Positions 38,326-51,058 of a stretch of 64,000 bases of DNA are shown in pieces. Numbering within the stretch: the first letter of the stretch is position 1; each line of letters begins with the position of its first letter. The notes beneath the pieces were generated by a model. That model ran no database searches. It was not told where the DNA came from and saw only the letters and a program-made list of their open reading frames with translations. The position numbers and the translations under genes are program-made. Origin of the DNA: Felis catus (lineage: Eukaryota); NCBI RefSeq assembly GCF_018350175.1, contig NC_058368.1:134604001-134668000 (forward strand), in the 5' to 3' direction.

Positions 38326-38888
38326 TGTGGTAGGCTGAAAAATATCTCCCCCACCCAAAAAATTCAGGTACTAATACCTGAGAGATTTAAAGGTGCTGGA
38401 CTTGAGGGATGCTTGGGTGGCTTGGTCTGTTAAGTGCCCAACTCTTGATTTTGACTCAGGTCATGATCTCACAGTTTGTGAATTCAAACCCCGTGTGTTG
38501 GGCTCCATGCTGTTAGCCTGGGATTTTCTCTCCCCCACTCTATCTGCCCCTCACCCATGCTCGCTCACTCTCAAAATAAATAAATAAACTTAAAATCAAC
38601 AAACTTAAAATAAACTTAAAATCAAATCAAATCAAAGTGCCGAACTTAAAGATCACAGTGAAGCAACCACAAGCTGAGGAATGCTGTCAGCCACCAAAAG
38701 CTGGAAGAGGCAAGGAAGTGAATCTCCCCTGAAGCCTCCAGAGGGAGGCTGACACCTGACACCTTGATTCTGCCCATTGACACTGATTTTAGACCTCTGG
38801 CCTCCAGAACTGGGATAGAAGAAATTTCTGTTGTTTTGAGCCACTAAATTTGTGGCAATTTGTTAAGCAGCTACAAAAAATTAATATA
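38326..38888 (+). mobile_element. MaLR solo LTR (MLT1C/D-like), interrupted by a SINE
   Basis: tgtggtaggctgaa start; gctggaagaggcaaggaa...gagccactaaatttgtggcaatttgtta end. Confidence 0.85.
38406..38632 (+). mobile_element. Can-SINE nested in LTR
   Basis: SINE body; degenerate gtgcYgRactt flanking repeat. Confidence 0.9.
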
Positions 38889-39129
38889 CCTCTTAAATAT
38901 GATGCAAATATCATTTAAGATCATTGATCTAGAAATTGAAAGAAGAATAGACACCAGAGTGACCAGGTCATGGGAACAGAGATGCCAGTTGGGATATTTG
39001 TGGCAAAGGAGCCATAGGGAGGACTTGTGCTGAAAATACAGAAGAAGAAGTCTGAGAATCACCTTGAATATATGTTAGAAAAAATGTTCAACAGAAAGTC
39101 TGTAAAAGACACTGATATGGAGAGATGTG

Positions 39130-40382
39130 TTTTTTAACAAATGGTGCTGGATATCCATAAAAAAAAAGAACTTTGAGCCCTATATCATATCATAAACAAA
39201 AATTAATTTCAGATAGAGTACAGATTTTAACATGAAAGGTACAATAATGAAACTTTTTGAGAAAAATAGAGGAAAATATCTTTGTGATCTTGCTGTAGGC
39301 AAAACTGTCTAAAGCAGGTCATAAAATTAAAAAATTACAATCATAAGACATCAAAAAGAGAGTGAAAAAGAAATTCATATAGCAGGAGAAGATATTCATA
39401 GTACACAGGTCTGACAAAGGCCTAATATGCTGCATATACAAAGAACTCCTATTAATAATAAATGAGCAAAAATGAACAGACACTTCACAAAGGTGGATAG
39501 ATGTCTCAATGGCAAAAAACAAATGAAAATGTATTCATCTTCATTAATCATCTTTAAATGCATATTTAAATCACAATGAGATAATGCTACACAACCTCAG
39601 AGTGGGTTACACATAAATAAGATGGGAATTTTTCAAGTATTTCTGAAGATGTGGAGAAACTGGAACTTTCATACAGTCCTGGTTAAAATATAAATTGGGA
39701 GAACCAGTTTATAAACTGTTAAGCTTTGCCAGTACCTAATAAAGCTGAGTATATGCATAATCTATGACTTAACATTCTATTCCCCAAACCCAATACAACT
39801 TAATACATACGTTCATCAGTAGACATACTAGATTATCCACAGCAATTCTATTCATTACAGTCTCAACCTGGAATTTACTCAAATGTTCATCAATAATAAA
39901 GTGGATAAATATGATCTATTCACACAATGGAATATGCTTTATACCAACGAGAATGAATGATCTACCACTAAGCTGCACAGCCATCTATTTCTTTTTATTT
40001 TATATCTTCTGGCATCGTTTGATTTGAAGATTTCAGTTTTATCATATGTATTAGTTTTTCAATCACAAAATTAAAACTTAAAAATTGTGTGAGGCTTGAT
40101 TTTTCTCAGACATATGAAAGAAGCTAGACATAGAAGAATATATACTGTGTGATTCCGTTTATATATAAAAGGGGAGAAAAGGAAAAATCTATATGCTGTC
40201 AGAAGACTGGATTGTGGTTAAACTAGAGGAGAGAGGTAGCTTGTGATAACATGATGGGAACTCTGGAGAAATAGTAATGATTTATTCTTTTATCAGGATA
40301 CTGATCACATAAGTGTGTTCCATTTCTGAAAATTCTAGCTGACACTCACATGTGCCATTTTCTGTACATATTACATTAAAAA
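39130..40382 (+). mobile_element. Old L1M 3' fragment
   Basis: ttaacaaatggtgctgg...aacagacacttcacaaa...gatgtggagaaactggaact...ctcaaatgttcatcaata, then 3' UTR. Confidence 0.85.
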
Positions 40383-41135
40383 TGGAAAACCTTTGGAAAA
40401 TCCAGAGGTCTGACAAAAGACACAGATACATGTATGTAATAATGTTGCTATGTGTCCCTACCTACTACATGTGCACAGGACACTGCTCTTATGGAGGGCT
40501 TAGTAATCTTAGCAAAAGCATTTTGAGGCTGAGAACTGAAATTCCTTGTGTCCCTTGTGCTGACTTGCCCTTTCTCATAATTTTATTTGAAGTCACACAA
40601 AGTTTGGTATTTAGGCATTTCAGCACATTTCTCTTCTCCCAGTGGAGGAAAAAAAAAGAAAGGAAATGTCACATGAAGACTTCTATACCTCAGATGCAAT
40701 TCTGCAAAATGTTCTTAATCATCCTATTTTCATCTCTAAGCCAGTCTTCTTGACTTAGCAGGCTTATTTTTAGATAGCTGTGCAGTTGATAGTTTAGAAC
40801 AGCCTCTCCACCCACCTCCTCCTCTTTCTCTGCCAGACCCTGTTCAGTTGGGAATTTACATTTTCAACTGTCCCAAAAGAATTATAATGATGTTGGGAAT
40901 GAGCCAATGTGGAAAGGGCCAACATAGAATTGGACAAAACTCATGTTTGCAATGGTACATTCAAAAACTAAAGTAATGACCATTTAATTTAAAACTGGGG
41001 CTTCAAGAACTAGAAATGAGCTATGAAACGTTCACATCCAGGTCCCAGGGGTGAAATTACAGTTCTAACCCATAAGATGTGTTAGTCCTAAAGTTAAATA
41101 CCAGTTTTTAAAAATGAAGCACCTAACCATATACT

Positions 41136-41322
41136 CAGTGTCTCCCACGTGGGGTCCCCAGGCCAATAGCATCAGCGTCGCCCAGGAACTTGTCAGAAAT
41201 GCACGTTTTCAGGCCTGCTCTGGACATACTGAATCAGAGGCTCTGGGAATAGGGTCCAGAAACCTGTGTTTTCATAAGTCTCCCAGGCGATTACGATGCA
41301 GGTTCAAGTTTGAGAACCTCTG
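41136..41322. mobile_element. MER5A hAT-Charlie MITE, full length
   Basis: cagtg..ctc ... gagaacctctg termini; gcatcagc..ggaacttgtcagaaatgca..tactgaatcaga core. Confidence 0.92.
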
Positions 41323-42332
41323 CTGTAAACAAGTGGTCTTCTACAAACAGAAAGAACACAACCATTGGGCTGCATCATGCAAATGTATTTTCCACATATT
41401 TCAAGGAGTATGACAGAACATTCATTAGCATTTGTTTTACTTTCCTGATAAGCCAGAAATAGTAAAGGAATATCTGGGAACACCGACTAACTCTCTGCAC
41501 AGAGATAAGGATGTGAGGGAGTGTGTGTGCATTTTCATGCAGAAGCCTGACCTGTGTGGGGCCAATGGTGCCACAGCTGTCTGCTCTGGGCATGCCGCTG
41601 TCTATTATAACCTGCAATTACTTCATTTGCTTGGGTCTGAAAATTTCTTTAATTTTCCAAATTCTGCCCACCACTTAGTGTGAGAACACCCAAAAATAGG
41701 CCTACAAGTCCCTCAGTAAGACTCAGTTAAATTTAAGGGAGCAGGTGAAAGTTTAAATTTTCTCTCAGGGGAAATTACAAATGCCAGAAATATCTCCCAG
41801 ATAGCGTTTTGGACATAACTTGACAGAATGCCATCGAAGAAACCCAACTTGAGCTGAAAGAAGAGGATCTTTGGCCTCAAGTCCCCGTGGCAAAGCGCTG
41901 TCATTTAAGTTTGAAAATGTTTATTTAAGTTTAATAAATGTTTATTGAACATCCACCATAGATGAGGACCTGTGGATATATTCTACACGACATGAAGATC
42001 ACAGTCTTCTAGTAGGGTGGCACATCCCCACCTCTCTCTAAATATAATTCCCTTTTAACAGGAGGGCTGTGTGGCAAGTGACAGACAGCCAACTTGAATT
42101 AGCTTAAGCAAGAAAAAAGGAAAGGAAAAGAGGGGGAGGAAGGCTTGGGGATTTTATTGGCGCATCCAACCAAACTTTGGAAGGAGCAAGGATGGAATAT
42201 GGAGAACAGAAGTCTAGAAGCAGTGACTCAAACACCATCTGGATACTCCGTGCACATATCTTGTCTCTGCGTCTGCTTTTGTTAGCCTCTCTCTGGTGCT
42301 CTCTCTGTCCCTCTCACTTCCCGCTTCTCCTT

Positions 42333-42350
42333 CCCTCTCTCCCTCCCTCA

Positions 42351-42391
<41 letters not shown>
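42333..42391. repeat. (TC)n microsatellite
   Basis: Direct inspection. Confidence 0.9.
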
Positions 42392-42885
42392 TTAACTGCG
42401 ATGTTGAGATATCAGCCGTGTGTCATAAAAGTGACCCATTTAAAGTGTACAATTCAATAACTTGTAGTGTGTTCACAGAGTTGTACATCCATCATCATGA
42501 TACATTTTAAAATATGTTTATTATCTCAAAAAGAAACTTCATACCTCTTAGCCATCACCCTCCTCCCAACCTTCCCATCACCCCCAGCACTGAGAAACCA
42601 CTAATCCACTTTGTCTCAATAGATTTGTCTTCTCTGGATATTTCATGTAAATGCAGTCATACAGTAGGTGGTCCTTTGTGACTGACTTCTTTCACTTAGC
42701 ATTTTGTCAAGGGTCATCCTTTTTGTAGCATATATCAGAGCTTCATTCCTTTTATGGCTGAATAATATACCATTTATGTAGACACCACACTTTTTTATGT
42801 AGACACCACACTTTATTTATCCATTCATCAGTTGACAGACATTTGTGTCGTTTCCACTTTTTGGCTAATACGAATAATGCCGGCG
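42392..42885 (-). mobile_element. L1MB-like 3' UTR fragment
   Basis: cccatttaaagtgtacaattcaat...cttcattccttttatggctgaataatat...atccattcatcagttga. Confidence 0.92.
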
Positions 42886-43012
42886 GTATGCTCTTAACCA
42901 TTCTCTCCTGGTGGCAGGAAGCTAGCCATTTGCGTTCACTCCTCGTCCCTAATTACTTCACAACCAGAGAGGAGTAGAATCTTCCCAACATATTTTAGAT
43001 TTTAAGAGAGGA

Positions 43013-43189
43013 GGAGAGCCTGGGTGACTCAGTTGGTTAAGTGTCTGACTCTTGATCTCACAGTTCATGAGTTCAAACCCTGTGTTGGGCTCCGTGCTAA
43101 CAGTGCAGAACCTGCTTGGGATTCTCTCTTCCCCCAACCCCTCAAAAAACATTTTACAAAATAATAAAATGAAACAAAATAAAAATAAA
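43013..43189 (+). mobile_element. Can-SINE, shortened
   Basis: gagcctgggtgactcagttggttaag...cctgcttgggattctctc, A-rich tail. Confidence 0.88.
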
Positions 43190-44289
43190 TTTAAGGTGAA
43201 AAAAGGAGATTCATGATGATCCTACTCAGTATAACTCTTAACCAATTTAAAGCACCAGGTAGATAGAGGTATCTAACATAATGGCCACTACTACCCAAAC
43301 CACTTTTCTCGAGCAGCTGAATGAAATGTGTCCTTAAAAAGGAAGGGTAGCATAAACATTCATACTGTGGAACTTTGATTGTACAGCCTTTCCTCTTTTT
43401 GTCTAGTTTAGCTCTCTTCCACAACTTCACTGAACCTTAGGTAGATGAAGTCAAGAGACTTGACATCATTAGATGTGAAACCATGAAGTTACCAGCTCTG
43501 CAGTCCTTCAGAAGCTCCTGGAGATCCTCAAGAACAAATTAACGTGGGGTGTGTCCAGACTCGAAAGCAAGGAGACTAGGTTACATGAAGGGAATTCATG
43601 CAGTCAGTCAACCATCAGATATGAATTATGTACTTACTATGAGTAAGATGCCATGCTAGACAGCAAAGATTGGAATATACACAGTGATTTGGGGACTGCA
43701 GTGATCTTGATCTAAGGCTTTCTTTTCTTTTTGATGCTTTATTCTTCTCTTTTTTTAATGCAGGGTGGCCTGTGAGTATAGAGACTTAGCACAGTGTGCT
43801 CCAGGATTTCAGATTTGTAGGTTTGTTCCACTGTCAGCCCCCCAGGTTTGCTGTGCACCAAAATACGACAAGCTCTTCAAGACTAGGCTTTGGACCAAGG
43901 AGAGAGAATAAAGAACTCTCAGATCTGGAACAAATCCATGAGGAAACATCATGCAAAGTTTACCAGGCGCTAGGGGTTTGGTTTTATTTTGTTTTTAGCA
44001 GACGTGAGGATTGAACTTAGTAAGGAGGAATCCTGAGAAGGATGATGCCCTTGCATTACGTGGCCTTGACTCCATTGTGTTTGTATTTCTCCTTTCCCTT
44101 GGGGCTCTCTCGCCACCACATTATGTTATTGTCCTGAGAAGTGGTTCCCTTTACAAGTTTGGTTAAGCTCAGATAAAACCCTTAACAAAGCTGAGACAGG
44201 GCTAGAGTTGCCAAACGCTATTGGGGAACTGTATGAAAATAAGTATATGTTGTAGAAATAACATTGTCTCTGAAACTCATCAAAAGTGT

Positions 44290-44960
44290 TCTATACCTTC
44301 CTATCTGTGGGACCCTGAAAAAGCCACTTACATTTTTTTAGCCTCTTTTTTTCTCTTCCGGAAAATGAAATTAATAATACCCATCTTATAGGTTTATACT
44401 GAGAGTAAATAAGATTTATTCTCTTGACAAATATACATTGAGTGCCTATTAGGTGTCAGACACTGATTTAGATAAACAGTGACACACACCCACAGAGAGA
44501 GAGAGAAAGAAAGGGAGGGGGGAGGGAGATCATGCCCTTGTGGAACCTACATTCTAATAGTGGAAGATATGTAATGAGCAAATCAGTTAGTAGCAGGGTT
44601 GCAGACTGCGGCCTCAGAAGAGAACAGCCAGTAGCTGGTTCCTGGGAAGAAGCCACTCCCAGAAATGAGTGGAAATATATGGTGTGTGGTCTGAATTTTC
44701 CATCTTGGCATTGTAATTGCCTTATGTTATTGTCAAGCCATTTGTAAACTTTTATCAGACCCCAAAGCTAGGTGGTATTTGTGCTTTCTGGGAAAAAGAG
44801 AAAGGCCGCTGTTCACTCTGGAATGCCTCAGGGTGGAGAGAAGACAGCAAGAGGTTGGTAGAAAGCAAGAGGAGTGGAGAGAAATACTTAGAGGTAAAGT
44901 CAAGTAAGAGATGATGAAGATCAGAGTAGTAGAATGTGGGTGTACTTTCTGGCAAGTCTC
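44290..44960. mobile_element. MIR relic followed by minus-strand L2 relic
   Basis: ggaaaatgaaattaataatacc (MIR-like); cattgagtgcctattaggtgtcagacactg...tggaacctacattcta (L2-like). Confidence 0.55.
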
Positions 44961-46684
44961 ACAATTATTAACAAAGGAGAAACTCATGAAGATGAGATTG
45001 TGTGGTGTGGAGCCTCAGTTGACATTTGCTGCAAATTCAAGGGAAGCCCCCAAGTCAGGAGAATTGGGGAATGTTATGAGCACCTGTGTAAGCTTCTGGA
45101 CACATAGTAGCCAATAAACGTTCATTTCTTTTCTTTCTCTTTTATTTCTACAATAAAATAATAAAGAAAAAATCAAAGATGTGAGAAACTGTTGACCCAA
45201 CAAAGGATTTATTATGGAGCTATGAGAGAGAATTTTCCTACAAGGCAATATTGATGCAAGATCCTTCTACACCTTTTCAAGGCTCCTTGCTTCCCAGGTT
45301 CTGGCCTGCTGTCACATGACAGATCCCATCTTTCTTTTTGTTACAAGGAGTTGGTGCTCAAATGGCCTTGGCTTCATCCTATCGAGGCTTAAGAGAAGTC
45401 TCACTGGAAACTTCAAGACCCCAGCTCAGTCCTGGTTCCTAGTTGTAAATGTCTCCCCGCCTCCCCACGTCGACACACACATGTAATTGAGAGACACATT
45501 ATATTTGATGACATTGCATGTTCTTCTCTCCAACTGGTCTTGTTTCCTAAACACATGGTGACCTGACCAAATGACCTCTATCCAAAGAATACTTCAGTAG
45601 ACAAACCCTATAGTTACTATGCCAAAAACACAATTATCCGGATGGTTGTTCTGAAATGGCATAGCGGTAATGCTGTGTTCTTTACTGGTGCCTCTCTTTC
45701 CTCTTTATTCTTCATTGAAGCAGCATGGATTCCTTTTTTCTGTCTTCTCCATTATTTCTTCTTCTGATCCCTTTGCTTGAGAGTTACTATTTACAGGTAT
45801 GCTTGGAGATGGGGTTTGGTTATAGCTACACAATTTAATCCATTTAACCTCATCATGAGGCATACTGGAAAGATCTTAAGTTTGGTTAACGTTTTATAGG
45901 CTAGTAAATGCCTGTGGGCACTTTAATTTAGTTTATAGCTTTTTTCCAAGGCTGGTGTATGTCTGCAGTGGAAGAGAGTCAGCTCTTCTTTAAGTGAAGG
46001 AAGGCAGCCATTCTCAAGTGGAAGGAACACCTATTTAAATTTATGATAGCTGAACTTGGCCGAATCTTGTCCTCCTTTGAGCTTGGCATGCCACTCTCAT
46101 ATTTCTGCATGGCCTGCAGACGAGATATTGCTTTTATTTTCCTTCGCTGGGATCTTAAAGGCTCAGAACTATATTTTTCACTGGAGACTTTAATAAAGGA
46201 TACAATGGTTATGTAAATAATCGAGCTTTGCCCAGCCTGAAAGGCCAGTAAATAGAATGTATTTACAGCATGCTTATTTCACTGTCATGATACGACAGTG
46301 TGTGGCCAACAGCTTTTTCTTTATACAGAGGTGCATTTACAGTAGTCTATTCTAAACTACCTATTAGCTTGGGTTAGCATGGTAGTCCCATTTGCATATA
46401 AGTTATATTTTAAAAAATAGTTTAAATAATATTTTTGAAAATATGGGGTCACAGTACAAATGGTCTAGTTTAAAATCGAGGTATCACATTTATTTGGCTC
46501 AACCCCGTGTCATGAATCCTGAGGCAGTGTAGCAGTTGACACCGATCTTTCCATCTATTGCCTTATATTCACACATACTCACAAGTATGTGGTCTCCACA
46601 GATCAGAAGGAAATTTTCTTCTAAGAAATGCACAAGTCTTCGGGGTTTTTGCAGCATCTCTAGGGAGCACCGTTTTCCAGCTTT

Positions 46685-46885
46685 AGATTCATTTAACAAG
46701 TAATGATTAAATATGTATCATGCGCCAGACTCTGGGAATATATTGACAGCAGTAAACCAAAAGACAAATCTTCCGTGGTCGTGGGGCATTCTAATGCGGG
46801 GGAGTGGCACGTGGAAGGTAGAAGACAATAATCAGATGACTACATAATGTAAAATTAGCCAGTGGTCAGGGCCAAGAAGAAAGGT
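46685..46885 (-). mobile_element. L2 3' relic
   Basis: attcatttaacaag...tgcgccagactctggg...cattctaatgcgggg. Confidence 0.55.
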
Positions 46886-48158
46886 TAATTTTCAGAAGAC
46901 TCTAACTTGCTGGAAGTGCAGATTCCTGGGTCTATCCACCCTGAACTAGAGGTCTCTGAGCTCACTGTGTCCTGAGGAAGCGTGGCCAGTGCCACTGAAA
47001 GCCTGTGGAGAAAGTCTGATCTGCTTAGAGAATCCACCTTGCCCTCTACGGCCCTGGCAGGCGACACACATGCAGAAGGTGAAGTACTTGCCTTTGCCCT
47101 CTGCATGGCCCCCGATGCCTCGTGAGCAATCATTAGTCAAGTGTAACAGACTCTCCAGCAGACCCAGGCAGCTGCAGCTTTGGCTGGGACCGCACATGCC
47201 TCTGTGGTCTGCAGTGCCCTCCGCTCTCTCACCGGGCTGCTGCACGCAGGGGCATGTTGAAGAGAAGAAAGCCTTAAAGAAAAGCATTTATTACTAGGGG
47301 GCGGGGTCAGTTCGATTTTCTTCCTAACAATGACCCAGATGTCCCAGGCATCAGACCATCAGACCTCTCCCGTTCACATGACAGGGTTTCCTAAAAAGAA
47401 GACAAAATAGCTCATTCCTTTGTGAGAGCCTCAAATGGGAGGTGTGCACATGCATGCGTGTGTATGCATATGCGTGAGACAGAGAGAGAGTCCCGCTACA
47501 GAGCCTCTTTAAGAGAGGGCAGCCTGGAAGGACCACTGGCCTCAGTGAGAGGAAGGGTTAGTAGCTTGAACGGAAGGTATGCTTTTATAATTGACGTATT
47601 TACAGATCAAAACGCTATCTGTAATTCCAGAGGTAATTAGTCTAGGAGGGAGTCTTAACTGACATACACCCAGTTTATACATGAAAACAGCACGGACTAG
47701 CAAGGTCAACAATGTCCCCAAGGGCTCATGGCAATGTGGAGGCGGAATGCCGGTCCAGTGTGTAGTTCCTGGTACTAGTCTCATTACCTGTTGAAGGGAA
47801 ATGCTGTCACTCACACAGGCTCACTCAGATCTCCCTTTTGTTTTATCCAAGTTAAATCTGTCTTGTTATATTTCTGTAGTTAGCAACCTCCCATGAGGAT
47901 TCCCTGCCCATGTTTCTCCTCTCCCCGTTTGTGAGCAGAGCCTTGTCTTACCTCCGCAAGTTACCCCAGAGTTTGGCTATTCGCTTTGCCCTCATGGGAG
48001 TGCAAAAAGTTATTTACTGAGTGGGATACAGAAGTATACTTAAAGGCTTAAGATGTTAAGGCTAGGAATTTCACTTATCCCTAACTAGGACTGCAGTGAA
48101 GTATTTCCAAATTCAAAATCTCATGTCCTGAACACTGAATTAGAAAACCCTCTCTTTT

Positions 48159-48378
48159 GGGGCACATGAGTCGGTTAAGCGTCCCATTTCAGGTCAGGTC
48201 ATGATCTCATGGCTCGTGAGTTCCAGCCCCGCATCGGGCTCTGTGCTGATAGCTCAGAGCCTGGAGCCTGCTTCAGGTTCTGTGTCTCCCTCTCTCTGCC
48301 CCTCCCCAATTTGCTCACGTGCTCTCTCTCTCTCCCAAATATAAAGAAACATTAAAAAAAAAAAAGGAAGAAGAAAAA
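48159..48378 (+). mobile_element. Can-SINE with A-box deletion
   Basis: 14-bp TSD agaaaaccctctct at 48142-48155 and 48379-48392. Confidence 0.95.
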
Positions 48379-48559
48379 AGAAAACCCTCTCTCTCTTTTT
48401 TTACATGACTTTATTCAGTTCTCACATCCTTACAGTAGCACATTACTCTTGTGCACGCAGCCCTCTGCATTACCGTTCTTTGTACCAGATTCTTTTTCCT
48501 CTGGCCTCTCTTCTATTTTTGTCCTTTATTGCTTTACAACTCTCATAGTTTGATTGTTG

Positions 48560-48985
48560 TGTGTTACAGAGATTAAGAACACAGACTTTGCTATCAAATA
48601 GATCTGAGTTCAAATCCTAAACTGCCACTGATTCATTATGTGTCCTTGGAATTAGCAACTTCCTTAAATCTGTTTTCATATCTGTAAATGATATTGTGAC
48701 AAGAAATGATTATAAAGGAAAGTGGAGCACCTGGGTGGCTCAGTGAAGCGTCTGACCCTTGATTTTGGCTCAGGTCATGATCTCACGGTTTATGTGGTCG
48801 AACCCCCACCTTCAAGTGCCTGTCTCCCTCTCTCTCTGCCCCTCCTGTGCTCACGCTGTCCATCTCTGTCTGTCTCTCACTCAAAAATAAATGAATAAAC
48901 TTTAAAAAATAAATAAAAAGGAAAGTGCCTAATTCAAATCCTCGTATGTAGTACACACAATAATAAATGTTAGTTCTTATTTTTA
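48560..48985 (+). mobile_element. MIR split by a Can-SINE
   Basis: gatctgagttcaaatcc...tctgtaaatg on the left; gtagtacacacaataataaatgttagt on the right. Confidence 0.7.
48725..48916 (+). mobile_element. Can-SINE, internally deleted
   Basis: 11-bp TSD aaaggaaagtg at 48714-48724 and 48917-48927. Confidence 0.93.
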
Positions 48986-49693
48986 CTATTAATAAATAAC
49001 GAATAGATGCCAGATTATTAGGCATTTTTTTTTAGAAAATGAGTTCCTTTGAATATTTTATTTAAAACCCTTGATTTCTCACCTAAAAAATACATACACA
49101 CAGAGTTTTCACATTTAATTTCAGATGCCATGGAAACCCTCAAGGTGTCTTTTCACCATGCCTCAGTATAGAGTGTACCTCAGCCTCCAAAAAGAATATA
49201 TGACTTTTAAGGACTGTACTCATGTCTTCCGATGTTTCTATTTCCCATAACACCTACAATGATACCGTGTACTTGCCAAATACTCTATAAATATGTGAAG
49301 ATTGGTTGATGCCAAATTTTAACCTCCATTAGATTTTGGAATTAATCACTAAATACTTGGACTTTATTTTCTTTATTAATGGAAGGGAAAAAAATGAGTT
49401 TTGCTTTCACACTCTTAAGAGGACTTGATGTTAGGACTACTTTTGCCCAAAGCATGAGTTATCAATCCCAAATGGGACTCTCAGTTTCCAAATTTCTGTA
49501 GTCAGTTCCAAAAAAGGAATTCAGTCCCCTAAGGGTCTCTCTTCCCCTAGCTGGGAAGAGAGTGTGTTCTCAGCTAGCACCTGACCCAAAACTTTCTTAC
49601 ATCAGTACTGACAAGCAGATGGCATGGTGGCCCAGGGCAACGACTTGCCATAGACCTAGATTGTGGCATGTTGATTTAAAACAAGCCTACCTT

Positions 49694-50051
49694 AATTTAT
49701 CCAACGGATACAGGAGTGTTGATTCATAGGGACACATGTACCCTACTGTTTATAGCAGCACTCTCAACAATAGCCAAATGATGGAAAGAGCCTAAATGTC
49801 CAGCAACTGATGAATGGATAAAGAGGATGTGGTTTATATATGCCATGGAATACTGCTTGGCAATGAGAAAGAATGAAATCTGGCCATTTGCAGCAACGTG
49901 GATGAACCTTGGGAATCTACCCCCAAAACCAAGAACACACTGTACAGACTGTATATTACCCAATTTGACAATAAATTCTATTTAAATCAATAAATCAATA
50001 AACTAGATATTGCAAGACATGGAATGAATGAATGAATGAATAAATAAAATT
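49694..50051 (+). mobile_element. Felid-type L1 (L1_Fc-like), 5'-truncated, with internal deletion
   Basis: End of ORF2 (gtttatagcagcactctcaacaatagccaa...) joined to L1 terminus (gaatctacccccaaaaccaag...gacaataaa); TSD aaacaagcctaMctt at 49679-49693 and 50052-50066. Confidence 0.93.
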
Positions 50052-50965
50052 AAACAAGCCTAACTTTTGCTAAATAGGCTAAACATTGAGCCCAAAATTC
50101 AGTAAGAACTCTGACAATGATTAACTCATGTTGCGGAACACCTTTGTTAACGTGGACGCGTTTATAAACACATGTCCCTTTATCTAAAAGGGTTGATAAA
50201 AGGGATATTTGGCAAGGTGCAAATGTAGTCATGTGACACAACCTACACATTATGTTACTTCCTCCCTCTTTCCTTCCTGTCAGGATTTAGTTTCCCTTCC
50301 CTTCTGCTCACCCCACCCCCCCTAATAGCTATAGCCCATTAAGGGGGAAGCAGATACAGACTGCAAACAGCAGATCTTTCTTCTGCTATGGAAATTGGCT
50401 TCCGCCTTTCTTGGAGTAATTGATTAATTAATCACGTATGAGAACACTTAATACATATGAAAATGCAGCAACAACTGCTGACGAAAAGAAAAGAAAAAGT
50501 GAAGTCTCTTTTTATAGCTCATGTCAGAATGAAACCTCAGACTTCACTACTCTTGTTCCCTTTTCTTTTCCCAACACACGCACGACAGATTCTAGCTTTT
50601 TTCAGAGCCTTTGTGTTCTTCAAACTAAACACCTCTGGTTCCCTGTGCGCAAGAATGCAAAGCAGGCTGGTGAGCCAGCATTGACTTGTTGACCTGTTGA
50701 CTTGCTGAGAGGGTTAGGAGGGGAGATTCGAGAAATGATAAATAGATTTTGCCTATTCTGACGTTCTGTTCTGCATGATCTTTTAGCTTAGGCGGAAGGA
50801 AGCACAAAGTCATGTTTTGTGGGCTTGCATGGCAAGGGGGGAAATAACCAGCTGATAGACCTGTGGCACAGACATCTTATATTGACCTCAATATACAGAA
50901 ATGAGTAAAAGGCAAACCCCCAGGGCCCCATAGGGCATGCATATGCACATGCACCATCCCATACC

Positions 50966-50995
50966 CACATGCATGCACACACATGCGGGCATGCA

Positions 50996-51045
<50 letters not shown>

Positions 51046-51058
51046 CACATGCATATGC
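50966..51058. repeat. (CA)n microsatellite with CATG/CATA flanks
   Basis: Direct inspection. Confidence 0.95.

Larger units (their letters stand above)
42062..43330. mobile_element. Old MaLR LTR relic (MLT1J/K-like) interrupted by L1 and SINE
   Basis: ggcaagtgacagacagccaacttgaattagcttaagcaa...ttattggc resembles old MLT1; right boundary uncertain. Confidence 0.5.

Noticed and set aside
40530..40551. tgagaactgaaattcc resembles the 5' part of miR-146a/b
   Set aside because: Extra A, the 3' half diverges, and there is no complementary arm to form a pre-miRNA hairpin.
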